Assembly: GCF_018977255.1 (NCBI RefSeq)
Contig: NW_024704742.1
Coordinates: 128,280,001 to 128,344,000 of the forward strand
Reading direction: 5' to 3'
From: Callorhinchus milii
Taxonomy: Eukaryota
DNA length: 64,000 nucleotides
In this document: positions 28,017 to 40,075 of the stretch, piece after piece
Layout of the letters: each line of letters opens with the position of its first letter
Position numbering within the stretch: position 1 is the stretch's first letter
Translations under genes and position numbers: made by a program
The notes under the pieces: model-generated
What the model was told of the DNA's origin: nothing
Databases searched by the model: none
Seen by the model: the letters and a program-made list of their open reading frames with translations, nothing else

Positions 28017-28595
28017 TTACAATATATCCTGTTAAGCATTTTGAGAAGTCCACCTGATTTGAAAAATGCTCTGTGAGATGCAAGAATCATTATTTAGAGC
28101 TGTACCTTAAACTGACTAACAGCAAGAATAATTTGCACTTACATAATGCCTTTCACTTTGGGAACATGTCTCAAAGCATTTTACATAGAGTGAGTGAGAG
28201 CTTGAGCTGGAAAGAAGCTTGGTGCCAAAGCAGAAGGATATCGGAGAGAGTGACCAACAATGCCTGGATTTACTGCAGGATTGTTTGGATGCATATTTGT
28301 ATAAAATTGATAGCATTCTTGCTTCCCGGTTAAAAGATTCTGGGTGCAAGCCCCATGTGGGGAGTTTTTGCTCAGTGTCTCAGCTGAAACTTCACTGGAG
28401 TGCTGGTGGAGCGCTGCATTGTCAGAGGTACTTGTACTCCAGAATTTATCAGTAATGCAGAATGGAATTTCTGTTTACCTTCCCTGAGGATGATGTGTTT
28501 AGAAATGGCACTTGTTTGATCAGCACGGATACGGTGATGGGCTGAAGGGACCCACTAAGATTCAAAAGTTTTCAATTCCTCCTCCCACCTCTATC
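27701..28595 (+). repeat. ~0.9 kb direct duplication of 6105-7011
   Basis: The SINE and ~580 bp of its downstream flank are colinear. ORFs 6525-6758 and 28116-28349 are near-identical translations. Confidence 0.95.
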
Positions 28596-29188
28596 ACATG
28601 CATGATAACTATCCTTCAAGAAAAAAAACATAATAATTTGGTCACTCAATCCACAACTGCGTGAGGGACACAGTTGTGCACAATTGGCTGCTGTGTTTCG
28701 CTCACAAAACATACAGCCAATTCGCTTTACAGTATATTCTGTGAAGCGCTTTGAGATGTCTCGAAAATTTGATATGGTGCTATACCAAATGCAAGGATTA
28801 TTATTTTTATTATTATATGGAGTCCTGTAGCTCAATGGTTAGAGCATTCGCCTTGCAAGCGAGAGACCTGGGTTCGATTTCCAGCTGGGCAAAATGTTGG
28901 GCCAGTTTCCTTACTCCACACCACCTGTTTACCTAGCAGTAAGTAGGAATCCGGTTGTTAGTCAATTGGTGGATCGCTTTTCTGGGGTTAATAATTCCTT
29001 CAAAATAATAATAATAATTTGGTCACTCAATCCACGACTGTTTGTGGACTTTGCTGTGCGCAATTGGCTTCTGCGTTTAGCCCACAAAATATACAGTCAA
29101 TTTACTTTACAGTACATTCTGTGAAGCGCTTTGAGATGTCTTGAAGATGTGATAAGGCACTATATCAAATGCAAGGATTATTATTATA
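28596..29188 (+). mobile_element. Two tandem tRNA-Ala SINEs (headless 28596-28817; full-length long variant 28819-29188)
   Basis: The second copy has a tRNA head plus the extra segment 'cctgtttacctagcagtaagtaggaatccggttgttagtcaattggtggatcgc'. Confidence 0.9.
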
Positions 29189-30220
29189 CCAGGCATTATG
29201 TGTAAAGAATTCTTCCTGATGTCAGTCCTGAAATCCTTTTTGGTTGGCCAACAAAATAATCATAGAAAAAACAAAATAGCATTGTTATAACTCAAGAAAT
29301 ATTAAACCAAGAAACATGTATTTTGTTGTCAAAGAGGTTGGCTACCACTGCTCTGGGGTCTCAGCAGCCCCTCTTATGTGGTGGCATCCAGAACTGCATG
29401 CAGTACTCTAGGTGTTTAAGTAGAGGTCAGTGATCACTTTATACCAAAGGATAACATAACATGAAAGAACATCAGTATTTATAGCAGGAAGAGATATTAA
29501 GTAACAGATTTTGATATCTTGATAGTTCAGTTAACACTATGCAATCCTGCTTAACGGTGATACTGCCAATTTTATGGCAACATGGAGATAGAGACTTGGC
29601 GGCCATACTTTTTAAGTGTTTATTGTATCAAGACAGCCATTATATATGCTGATCCAATACTCAATTGCATTAATAGTTTTGACTTACGATGCTCTGACAT
29701 CTGTTTTCATGAGAGAAGCACTATCACATTCTTACTTAGGCTGCTTGATGGCAAGTTGACTAAAACTAACTGCCTGAAATTTAATTAAAGAGAGGTCACT
29801 CACGTAAAATAAGCACTGTTCACTTTGTCTGCAATGAGATGAATGAATCACTTTCTTGGCAAGGACAACAGGGAGGCTGACGTCAATAAGTTCTTGCATC
29901 GGTTCAAAAATAATAGGCATATGTTGCAAATTTGAAAAGGACAATAAAAAAGGAAATGGCAACAATGTGAAATCAGATAATTTTGAACCTTCTTAATGGG
30001 CTGTCAATTCACAACTCACAATTCAAACAGATGTGTTTTAGTTTGACTTTGGTCTTTTAGTTGGATATTGATAGTCTATGAACAACGTATAAATGAAATC
30101 AAAAGTTTCTTAGTTGAGGTTAGGTTTGCAGTTTTCTAAGAGACGTAAACCTTCTCCATTGGTGAACATCTGCGTATATAGGTAACATTTGCCTTGTTTG
30201 ACAAATTTACACCAATGCAA

Positions 30221-30767
30221 GAGTCCTGAGTGCAGTGGTTAGAACACTCGCCTCTGAAGCGAGAAGACGGGGTTCAATTCCTAGGTAGGGCAAAATCTTA
30301 GGCAAGTTTTCTTGCTCCACACTTTGTTTACCTAGCAGTAAGTAGGAACCTGATTGTTAGTTGAATGGTGGATCGCTTTCTGGAAGTAAAAATCCCTTAA
30401 AAAATTGAATAAATAATAATAATTTGGTCATTCACTCCACGACTGCTTATGGGACACTGTTGTGTGCAATTGGATGCTGCGTTTTGCCCCCAAATTTACA
30501 GTCAATTCATTTTACCCTATATTTTGTGAAGCGCTTTTTGGCATCTCAACAGTGTATTAAGGTGCTATGTCAAATACAAGGATTCTTCTTCTTATTATTA
30601 GTATTATTATTATTAATACACTGAATGGCCACTGGCTGGCAGTGTCATTCCCACCCATTCAAATATACAGTCAATTCACTTTACAGTGTGTTCTGTGAAG
30701 CGCTTTGGGATGTCCTCTCGACGTGAAAAGCGCTATATCAAATGCAAGGATTATTATTATTATTATT
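30221..30767 (+). mobile_element. tRNA SINE long variant (30221-~30617) followed by a young SINE 3' fragment (~30652-30767)
   Basis: Head 'gagtcctgagtgcagtggttagaacactcgcc...ggttcaattcc', the extra segment and two (ATT)n tails. Confidence 0.85.
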
Positions 30768-31374
30768 CAACCCCAATTGTAGGTGCCAACTTTCATAATC
30801 TAAAAAGGTGCCCTTTTTATAAATCTCAGCATAGCTAGGTAGATATTTTCTTTTTACATTTTTGGCTCTTAGAATGTGTCAAGTATTTATTTTTGGTATA
30901 AAAAGGTATTTTCTGGATCTTTAGAAGAGCTGTGAAATTCATTCTCTCCCCAGACCAGAAAATACCACTTGTTTTCTTTTTAACCAACAAGTGATCGGCT
31001 GACTGCGAGAAGCTAAGTGTGGGGGAATCGAAGGCAGTGAATAGTGTCTGAGTACAAGTTCTTTATTAAGGGATTTTATTCTGGGTCTTGGCCAGCAATC
31101 TCCAAAATAAAATTGGTCATTACCTTCATGCCTATTTGCGGGTCAATCCTATGCTCAGATTGCCTGCCGTATTCACCTACAAAACTAAAACACAGTCACT
31201 ACACAGAACTACACGTTGCAGCAAATCCTGTGAAGCGTTTTGAGACATCCTCATGACATGAGAGATACTATATTAAAAACAATATTATTTATAATTAACA
31301 ATGAAGGCATTAGGAAAAAAAACTTGTATTAATTAACACAGGAATATTACATTTTTTCCCAACAAAATAATAGG

Positions 31375-31600
31375 ATCTAACAGATCAACACTGCGCTCAT
31401 GTTTTGTCTCCCAAGAGCCAATGTAGCCTGACTCTCCCACTCGCTTGCCATATCTTTTAATATTCCTCCTCTTCAGACATCCATTTAGCATCAATACCTT
31501 TTTAAAAGATTGATGGGATTCTGCCTCAACTATCCTGCCTGGCAAAGAATTTCCTATTCCAACCACCCTCTGTGCAAAAACAGCCTGCTTGCAGATGTTC
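31375..31600 (-). mobile_element. Old CR1 3' end remnant
   Basis: Minus frame NSLPGRIVEAES..SFKK resembles the CR1 ORF2 terminus. Confidence 0.6.
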
Positions 31601-33489
31601 CAAATTCAGTGAAATTGCTGCACCTCCAAATCAATAAAACAATGCCTGGAGAGCATTTAAATGAAATAAATAATAGCCATTCACCAGATTGTTTTATTTA
31701 CTCTCCACGGATTCCTTCAAAAACACTCTTAGCAAAGGTAGGCCTAGTTGAACCATATTTTTCTACTCAGCAGGCTTCAGCTTTGTGAATTAAAGGTTAC
31801 TCTCTCGCTATCATGTCTAGCTGCTTCTATGCTATCGTAGGCTTGCCTGGGCTTAATAAAAAAATGACAAACATCAATACTTGTTATTTTTTATGATGTT
31901 TCTGCAAAGCAAACGATTTACAATGTCAGCAGGTGAAGAATTTAAGGGGGTCAATTATGGGCAAGGGTGAGAAGCCTAAAAATGCACGCTTGTAATGAGA
32001 CCGACTCACCAATAATAATAATAATAATAATAATAACCAAGGGTATCCGAAGCATCGTTTCTACTGAGGCAGTAAATGTGGATAAAGTGTTACAGTCATC
32101 GATCTGTCTCTGTCTTTTGTCCTCCAAGTGCAATAACCGTATTTGGGAAAAAAAAGTAAAAATTTAAAAAAAAATTACTTTTGGTGGAAAAGTCGATTTT
32201 CACCAATTCCAACTGTGTATTTATCCTCCAGTTTCTGGATATGGTCCTGGCCGACATTCTCCCAAATAAAATTGGTCATTCAATTCATGGTTGTTTGTCG
32301 GACATTGCTGTGCGCAAATTGGCTGCCACATTCTCCTATAAATACACAATCACTTTATAGTAAATCTTGTAAAGGGCTCTGAGATATCTCAATGATGAGA
32401 ATGTTATTATACCATGTGCTGCCCATTTGTTTTAATAATGGAATGTATTTAGCAGCAGAAAAATGAATTAAAAGCACAAATAGAACATTTCCCCTCAGAG
32501 AATGTAATGTGCTTTAGCTCTCGTCGTCTGCTCCCTGACCTGTACCTATCCATCAAAGCCAGCTGTGTAACTTTCCAGCAGTGACTTGGTGATCTGCAAT
32601 TGTAATCTAAATGTCCTTTTGATAATGTGACCAAAGTTCCTATTTCCCACTCCTATCCAGTCCTCCTCTCAGAGTTGTCTATGTCATTTACTTCACCCAA
32701 TAGACAGATTGATTTTGTCTTTCCTCCAACTGGTCATCATATGTCAAAGTCGTTTATTTTTAGAAAGAAAATGTATTCAGTGACTGTCACGAGGCAAGCC
32801 ACTTTGCCCAGGAAGATTTAGCAACACCTGGACAGTTAATATTTAGAGAGCTATCTACAGTAGATGCTTTCGTACTGTCGGGAAGCAGTCATTTATGCAA
32901 ACACAGAACCAGGAACTATCATTTTTAATAATTTTTGTTTGTGGCAACGTGCAAGCATTATAGTCATTTTCTGTAACAGATGTTTATTAAATCGAATGTA
33001 TCTGGGTCACATAGGAACAACTGTGCAACCTTTCCCACTGCACACACAAAAAGCAGTGTTCATTCATTAACAAAGCTAATGACCTATCAGCCCTGCCAGG
33101 TTAAAGAGGATAGCTCTCTCTCCCCTTCTCAGCAAATTTACATATGATGGCCACTTTGACATATGATGACTAGTTGTAGGAAAGACAAAATCAATCAGCA
33201 TGTAATAGGATGAAAAATGCCCTGCTTCAGAATAGATGTCATGTGCTCCGATGTGTTGCTGAATGACTTCAGACGCTTCAAATTTTTTCATGCATTCACA
33301 AAGCCTGATCACAGGTTCTAACCCCCACCCCTCCCGACTTCAGAATAAATGTTGGATCCAAGATCTTCAGGGCAACTAATTTAGTGAAGAACTCAACAAG
33401 GTGTTCCCACCAATGCCTCCAATTCTTGTTTCTGACCACAGATGCACTTCCCAGGAGACTGATTGAGTTAAACTTTGCTGGGAAGTATT

Positions 33490-33948
33490 ATTTATATATA
33501 TACTTCCATTTCATGTAGCATCTTATCATGTCGTCAAGACATCTCAAAGCTCCTCACAGGATTTTACTGTGAAGTGTAGTGATTGTGTATTTGTAGGCAA
33601 ACGTGGCAGCCAATTTGCTTACAGCATGTCCCACAAACATAAAATAAGTGACCAATTTTATTTGGGGGATTGTTGACCTGGGCACTGGGAATGACTGCCC
33701 TTTCTTTTCAAAAAGTCCCAAGGGAACTTTAATGTCTGTCTGACCAGGCAGACATGATCTCAGCTTAACGTTTCACAAGGAGGTTAAGATGAGATCATGT
33801 CTGCCTTTCGGAATGACGGCACCTCTGACAATACAGAGCTCCCCCCAACATTGCATTAAAGTGTCAATAAGCTCAATGTCCCAACTTGGAGATTGAACCT
33901 ACAAACATCCAATTCAGAGAGTGCTACAACTGAGCCAGGATGACACCA
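33490..33948 (-). mobile_element. Deu-domain SINE containing an internal fold-back
   Basis: Head end 'actgagccaggatgacacc', core 'acggcacctctgacaat' and tail on the minus strand. Confidence 0.75.
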
Positions 33949-34197
33949 GCTTCTGACAATGCAGCAAACTCCTAGCATCTGGCCCGTGGGCTGCCAGTTG
34001 GGCCACCCTGGTCTCGACTAACATTTCGGTGCAATACTGGAGAAGCACTGCATTATCGGATGTGCCATTTTTCAGATAAATTCCCAAACAAAATCCTGTC
34101 TATCCCTTCTCAGGTGGGTCAAACCAAGATCCATCACATTACTTGAAAAGAAAAGGAAGTTTCTCCCAGTGGCTGGCCTCATTACTCCAGATAAATT

Positions 34198-34330
34198 AAA
34201 AACAAAATACTGTAGATGCTGGAAATCTGAAATAAAAACAGAAGTTGCTAGGAACACTCAGCAGCATCTATGGAGAGAGGAAATTGAATTAAAATTTCAG
34301 TTTGATGACCTTTCGTCAGAGTTCTGACCA
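34198..34330 (-). mobile_element. Penelope-like terminal-repeat relic with a degenerate hammerhead core
   Basis: Same family as 39.9 kb and 53.1 kb. Minus strand: CTGACGA-aaggtcatcaaact-GAAA. Confidence 0.55.
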
Positions 34331-34669
34331 CTGACATAATTTCCTATACACTACGCATGTGCATTTGCCGTGTGCAGAAAGTGATATCAGTGCAACCTGA
34401 CAGCTAGGAAATTAGTCATTTTGATTTCCCGCATATCAGGGAGCATTTTAAAGATTCAGTAGAGCTTGTGGTCTTTTTGCATACATCCACAATGAATACA
34501 CAAACATTGAATGGTGTTACAGTTTTGTTTGGGATTTTACAGACCAACCCAAACCCTGACAATAGGGTTTCACTTTTAGATTAAACTGCTGGAGAGTAAT
34601 AAAAACATTTTTTTTTGCATATTATGCTAGTGCCGTATCACCTTGAAATGTCTCAAAAAGCTCTTCAAC

Positions 34670-35261
34670 CTCTCTCATCGCCGGCCTTCCCGGCACCTCC
34701 CTCCGCAAGCTGCAGATCATTCAGAACTCTGCAGCTTGTGTACTGTCCCGCACCAGGCTTCGCGACCACATCACTCCCACCCTCGCTCGCCTCCACTGGC
34801 TCCCCATCCCCCAGAGGATCAAATTCAAGATCCTCATCCTCACCTACAAAGCCATTCACGGCCTTGCTCCCTCCTCCCTCTCCGACCTACTATCCCCCTA
34901 CGTACCTGCCCGTACCCTCCGTTTCTCTGGCTCCGGTCTGCTCCACATCCCAAGCCTTAACCGCTCTATCATCGGTGGCCGGGCCTTCAGCCTCTCAGCC
35001 CCTAGACTCTGAAACTCCATCCCCCCAGTGCCTTCGCCGCTTCCTCCCTTTCCTCCTTCAAGGCCGGTCTCAAGACCTTTCTCTTTGATCGTGCCTTCAG
35101 CTCCCCTCTCGACTCTCTACCCCCTCCTCGCTCCCTCCCTTCCCTCCCCTCACCCTGACCATTTCCCCCCTGCTCAGGTCCTGACCCAACTGTCCAGTGC
35201 CTTGGGACGTCCTCCCGACATGAAAGGCACTCTATAAATTAAATCTTGTTGTTGTTGTTGT
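34670..35261 (+). mobile_element. L2 LINE 3' fragment (same young family as 56-58 kb)
   Basis: Nearly colinear with 57590-58191. Ends 'ttgggacgtcctcccgacatgaaaggcactctataaattaaatc(ttg)n'. Confidence 0.93.
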
Positions 35262-35756
35262 CATGGAGGCAAACACAGAAGCAACTCAGGGCCAGCAGTG
35301 TCCTACATAGAGCAATGAGTTGAATGAACAATCAATAGGCTTGTGCCTAGAACTATAGCCTGACTATCCTAGACTACCCATCATACCATAAAAGTTTACA
35401 ATACGTAAACAGCAACTGAAAATGAAGAAGTGCTAGGCAGCACCTCATAGAGCTAGCTACCAAATTAAGCAATGTGATTAATTGGCACAATATTGACATT
35501 TCTGTATTCATGGCCGCATTTAATTATGTTAGACACATTTAGCTATATTTGAATTGGTGTTTGACTTCAGATAATAGCACGTTTCTTTGTTAGACATGGC
35601 ACATGCTTTGAAGTTCTTCACGTGGTTGACAAAAAACCTTTAATCATCAGCCTGTTTTCATACCAGTACAGAGGGATTGCTAATAGCTGGTGGGAGTTTT
35701 AATGACAAATATCAACTATGTACCAGCGATTAAGTTCAATTTGATATTTATGAGCT

Positions 35757-36176
35757 GGTGTCAGCCTGGCTCAGTAGCTAGTACGCTCACCACTGAGTCA
35801 GATAGTTTTGCGTTGAAGCCCCACGTCGAGATATTGAGCTTATAGTCTAGGCTGACGCTTCAATGTAGTGGTCATAGTTGTCTCCATTGATGCAGGTGTC
35901 AGAAATGTTAAACTGAGATCCTGTCTACCTGGACAGATAGATGTTAAAGATCCTGAGGCACTGTTTGAAAAGATTGGGGAGTTTCTCTTGGCGATCTGGC
36001 CAATAATCCCTGCAAAAAACGTGATGGCTGGTGGGACATTACTATGGGCAAATTGGCTGCTGAGTTTGTCAACAAAATACACAGTCGGTATACTTTACAG
36101 TAAATCCTGTGAAGCACTTCGAGATTATTTTGCTGACAGGAAAGGCGCTATATCAGATACAAGAATCATTATTATT
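35757..36176 (+). mobile_element. Deu-domain SINE (SacSINE1/AmnSINE1-like), near full length
   Basis: tRNA-like head 'tggctcagtag...ttgaagcccc', Deu-like core 'gttaaactgagatcctgtct...gttaaagatcctgaggcactgtttgaa...ctggccaa' and an L2-type tail. Family name assigned from recalled consensus, not from a search. Confidence 0.75.
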
Positions 36177-36244
36177 TTCAACATAAAAACTGGTCTCTAC
36201 AAGCTCTTGGGCCATCCATTGCTAACCCAACCGGAAAAATTTTG

Positions 36245-36740
36245 GGAGACAGAGGAGTGTCTAACTCATGAAGAAACCCATCATCATGCTTAAGAGTATC
36301 CAAACCAAACAGAGTTCCATGCATCCCACCTACAACTGGAAATTCCAGTGATGTTTATTAGAATGGAATGCATACTCTCTCCCTGGAGGAATGCATCCTG
36401 CTTACCTAACTCCGGAGAGCATTAGGCACAGATTGGCAAAAGCCAGGGCTTGGGGACCCCAGAGTGTGCTTTGTGACACTGATCGAGTCTAACAATCTAA
36501 AACCGCATAGCTTGCCATTGAGAGCACTGTCTGGCAAGCTTTCCCGCTGCTTATCCAGCTGGGACCACCCTACCCATTAGGCCTTTGGCTTGCAGCGTTA
36601 ATGGGAGCTGAGTGGAACCTGGCTCAGGAATTGGGCTATCGGGACTGCCACAGAGGGCTGGCTTGATTCTGATATTTTGTTGCTAAACATTTTATTTTCG
36701 AGCCAGGTTAGCTCCAAAGAAACTCTGCTTACCTCCCCCT
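36245..36740 (-). repeat. Unclassified interspersed repeat, copy 2
   Basis: 'catgcttaagagtatccaaacc...gaatggaatgcatactctccctggagg...ttggggaccccagag...ctggcaagctttcccgctgctt'. Confidence 0.8.
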
Positions 36741-37847
36741 CATCTCCATGTATTGGAGTGAGTGCCTGAGGTAAGGAGGTATAATTTGCCATGAATTCTG
36801 CAGTGTAAAGTTAGTGTTACATTCAACCAGAAGGAAAGAGAGGGAGAGCATGACCAATTGTGAAATCTGATTGTTCTATTTTCACAAGGCAATGTCACCC
36901 GAAGGTTCAATCAGCCTCACACAGTGCAAGAGAAGTTTACATTTCATGGTGACTTATGGCTGATTGTACCACGTTGATAACATTTTCAGAAAAAATGTAA
37001 CATTCTGAAAAATAAATGTTTTCACTTGTTTTGTTATTTTGATGGCTGCAAAGGGGCATGCCACTTCTGTACCGCAGATGTCAAGTAACATGTTTGACGA
37101 TCTCTGATTTCCTGAGAGCTCGATCCATTCAACAATCAGTCACTTTACTGAGCAATGGGACTGCTCTCTCTCTTTCTCTATTCCTCTGTTTGCAATGAAA
37201 CTGAAGGAAAGACTGTACTGGTGGAAGCAGACTTGAGAGCCTTGTATCGATTTCAATTCTTGTTTTGTTTGGAAACAGAGTTTGGATGAGTTCAGATTTT
37301 TTTTGTGTGGTGACCGTCTTATAGGGGGAGGAAAGATTTTGCTTCTTGTCCTGCTTTGAAGGAGGTCTCAAGTGAGAGAGAGCACGTTGCCCCTCGGAGG
37401 GAAGCTCAAATCAGAGGAGCCTGGGGAAGAGTTGTTTCTTTGCTTTGGCAGGGTAGCATACATGGGGAGAGGGAAACACTAAAGGACCAGAAAAACCCTC
37501 CAGTCTAATTCATGATGGAATTGTACACCAATGATTCAAACATCAAATATTCCCAGCGGTAAAGGCCCAAGTGGAGAGAAGGTTAAAAGTGAATTTAGCA
37601 ATGTGCTAAATCTTGGACATTCTAAAAATGCTACATAAATAGAGCATATCTAGACCTAGAACTAGTATCATTTATCCCCACCTATTTTCACCACATCCTA
37701 GACTTTTTTCCTAGTATTTGAGAGCTTGCAAATTTTAGACAAATGTTAAATTCTGGCTTAGTTTTTGAAGCCAGTTTGCTGTATTTTAAGAAAATAATCT
37801 GTCTCAAACCCAGGTGGAACTTCTTCCCTGATATTTTTTGTGTGTAA

Positions 37848-38272
37848 GTGTGGCTCAGTAATAACACTCTCACCCCTGAGGTTGTGGGTTCAAGCCCCAT
37901 GGATTCAGAATTATATTGTTTAAGTTGACACTCCAATATGCTGCTGGGGGAGGGCTGCATTGTTGAGGTGCCTTCCTTCAGATGAGACATTAAAACAAAG
38001 GTCCCGTTTGCCTGTTCAAATGGATGGTAAAGATTCCATGACACTATTTGAAAAGCGAAGGGAATTTCTCTTGGTGTCCAGGCCAACAAATCCAAATAAA
38101 ATTGGTTACTCCCTCCAGGGCTGTTTGTGGAACATCACTGTGCACAGTTGGCTGCTGTATTTCACCCACAAAATACATAATCAATCCAATTTATAGTTTA
38201 TCCTGTGAAGTGATTTTAGGCAGCTCGACAACATGGTAAATCGGTATATCAAATGCAAGGATTATTATTATT
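37848..38272 (+). mobile_element. Deu-domain SINE, near full length
   Basis: 'tggctcagta...gggttcaagcccc' head, 'gaggtgccttccttcagatgagacattaaaac...ggtgtccaggccaa' core and 'aaatgcaaggattatt' tail. Confidence 0.8.
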
Positions 38273-38649
38273 TACTGTAAGAGGCAGAAATATAGATGGC
38301 ATTTTCAGGTATTATGGTTCTTCAAGTAGTAATGCTGCGGTAATTACCTGCGCTATAATTTCCCCAAACAATCAGTTTAAATACCCAGAGATGACAACTT
38401 GCAGCATCAAATCTCAAGACAACTGGTATTATTAAATTATTCAATACAACTGTCTCAAAGATGTATTTCACATATTCTAATGTATGCTAATGAATGGGAT
38501 ATCATATATTCACAGAGTTAAAGGCACAATACAGTCAGCTTTTATTTATTTTAGGGAAACTTCTGTACGTCTAAAAATACATTCTTTGAAACATAGACAA
38601 TGAGGGTAGGGGAACAATTTACAACATCTATAAATTGATTTGTAAAATC

Positions 38650-38995
38650 TACCACCACAACAAACTGAATTTATGTGGCACCTTTCAAGTAGGGAGGACA
38701 TCCCAAAGTGCTGGACAGTCAAGGATTTGCACCCAAACGAGGGTTTGGAATTGGGAGGGTCAGGGGCTAAGGGGGGTGGGGATGGGAAGATGACCAAAGG
38801 CGTGCTCAAAGAGGAGATGGACCCTAAAGGAGATGGGAGAAGAGGTGAGTGAAGGGACTCTGGGTCAGAGTTCCAGAGAGTGGATGCAAAAGGGCTGAAA
38901 CCGATGTTGAGCCAAGCAAGGTGAGGGAAGTGAAGCAGGCTGGTTCCTGCGGAGCAGAGGGTGCAGCTGGGTTGGTAGGGTAACCTTGTAATGGG
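38650..38995 (-). mobile_element. Old L2 3' end
   Basis: Tail 'cacctttcaagtagggaggacatcccaaagtgctggacag' followed by degenerate L2 C-terminal sequence. Confidence 0.7.
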
Positions 38996-39867
38996 GGATT
39001 CTTTCAAACATTCGGATGTGTTTCAGTCCAAGTGTTTAGCTGACCCTCAGTTTGGAAACTAATCACTGTCAGTCTCCTCCTTTGAATGCAATCTGGCTTC
39101 ATGGAATCAAACTCGAGATTTTAATCGTGAGGTTCCAGTGGGTCAGACTCAGACACATCCGGTTATCTGCAGAATTCACTATTTACAAGTCGATTGGTGA
39201 ATATCACAAATTATCATGCTCTGCCCCCTACATGCAAGGGACAGTGACACAAATCCAGAAGGGTAAATCAATACACAAAACACATTCTTTGAATGCCACA
39301 GGAATGTAGAGAAAGCAGTAGTGACTTGAAGCAAGATGGGAAAAGGAAAATTGATTTCAGTGGTCAAGTTCTGGCACCCATTTTGGAGGCTTGATCCCAT
39401 CAAAAAAAAACAAGCAATAACTTGGCCAGATGATAGAATAACAAAAAACTTTCAAATTATTTCCAGTGGGAGGAACTGCAATCTCAGAGTCCGAGACGTC
39501 TGGTCAGTTTACATTACATTTCCTCATTCAATTCCAGCATCCAAACCAGTAATAATAATTGGTAAGCAACCTGCATCCCTTATGATTGTAGCGGCATGCC
39601 AGTAACAATCTCTATAGTTTCTGATAAACATATTGTATACTGCATCTGCTCTTCATAAACTAGCTCACAGCTACAGTTTACTGCTCCATATTTCTACCTC
39701 TGCCAATAAGAATGTCTTAAGACAGCAGAGCTTGCCTCCAGTTCCAAGGTGTATGTTCTCTCCAGTAATAAGCTGCAGACTGTCCTGTTTGCACAGTTCT
39801 TATTTTCCGTTGCAGTGAATAAGAAACCCATCATCTCAAATGATAGTGGCAAGGGTAAGGAATCCAA

Positions 39868-40075
39868 TATAAAAACGGAAGTCACTGGGAACATGCAGCA
39901 GGTCAGGCAGCATCTATGGAGAGAGGAAAATAAGTTAATGTTTCAGAGTTCTGATGAAAGGTCATAGACTTGAAACATTAACTAATTTTCCTCTCTCCAT
40001 AGATGATGCCTGACCTGCAGTGTGTTCCCAGCGACTTCTGTTTTATTTTAGCATCTGCAGTATTTTGCTTTTTGT
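39868..40075. mobile_element. Penelope-like terminal-repeat relic arranged as an inverted repeat
   Basis: Arms ~39870-39945 and ~39971-40046 are reverse complements. The same sequence family occurs at 34198-34330 and 53058-53205. A hammerhead core is present. Confidence 0.65.
39947..39983 (+). ncRNA. Minimal type I hammerhead ribozyme-like motif (probably decayed)
   Basis: agtt-CTGATGA-a-aggtc(ata)gactt-GAAA-catt-aact. Both core boxes, stem II and stem I (agtt/aact) are present. Stem III has A where the sister copy has G (ACGT). Confidence 0.55.
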
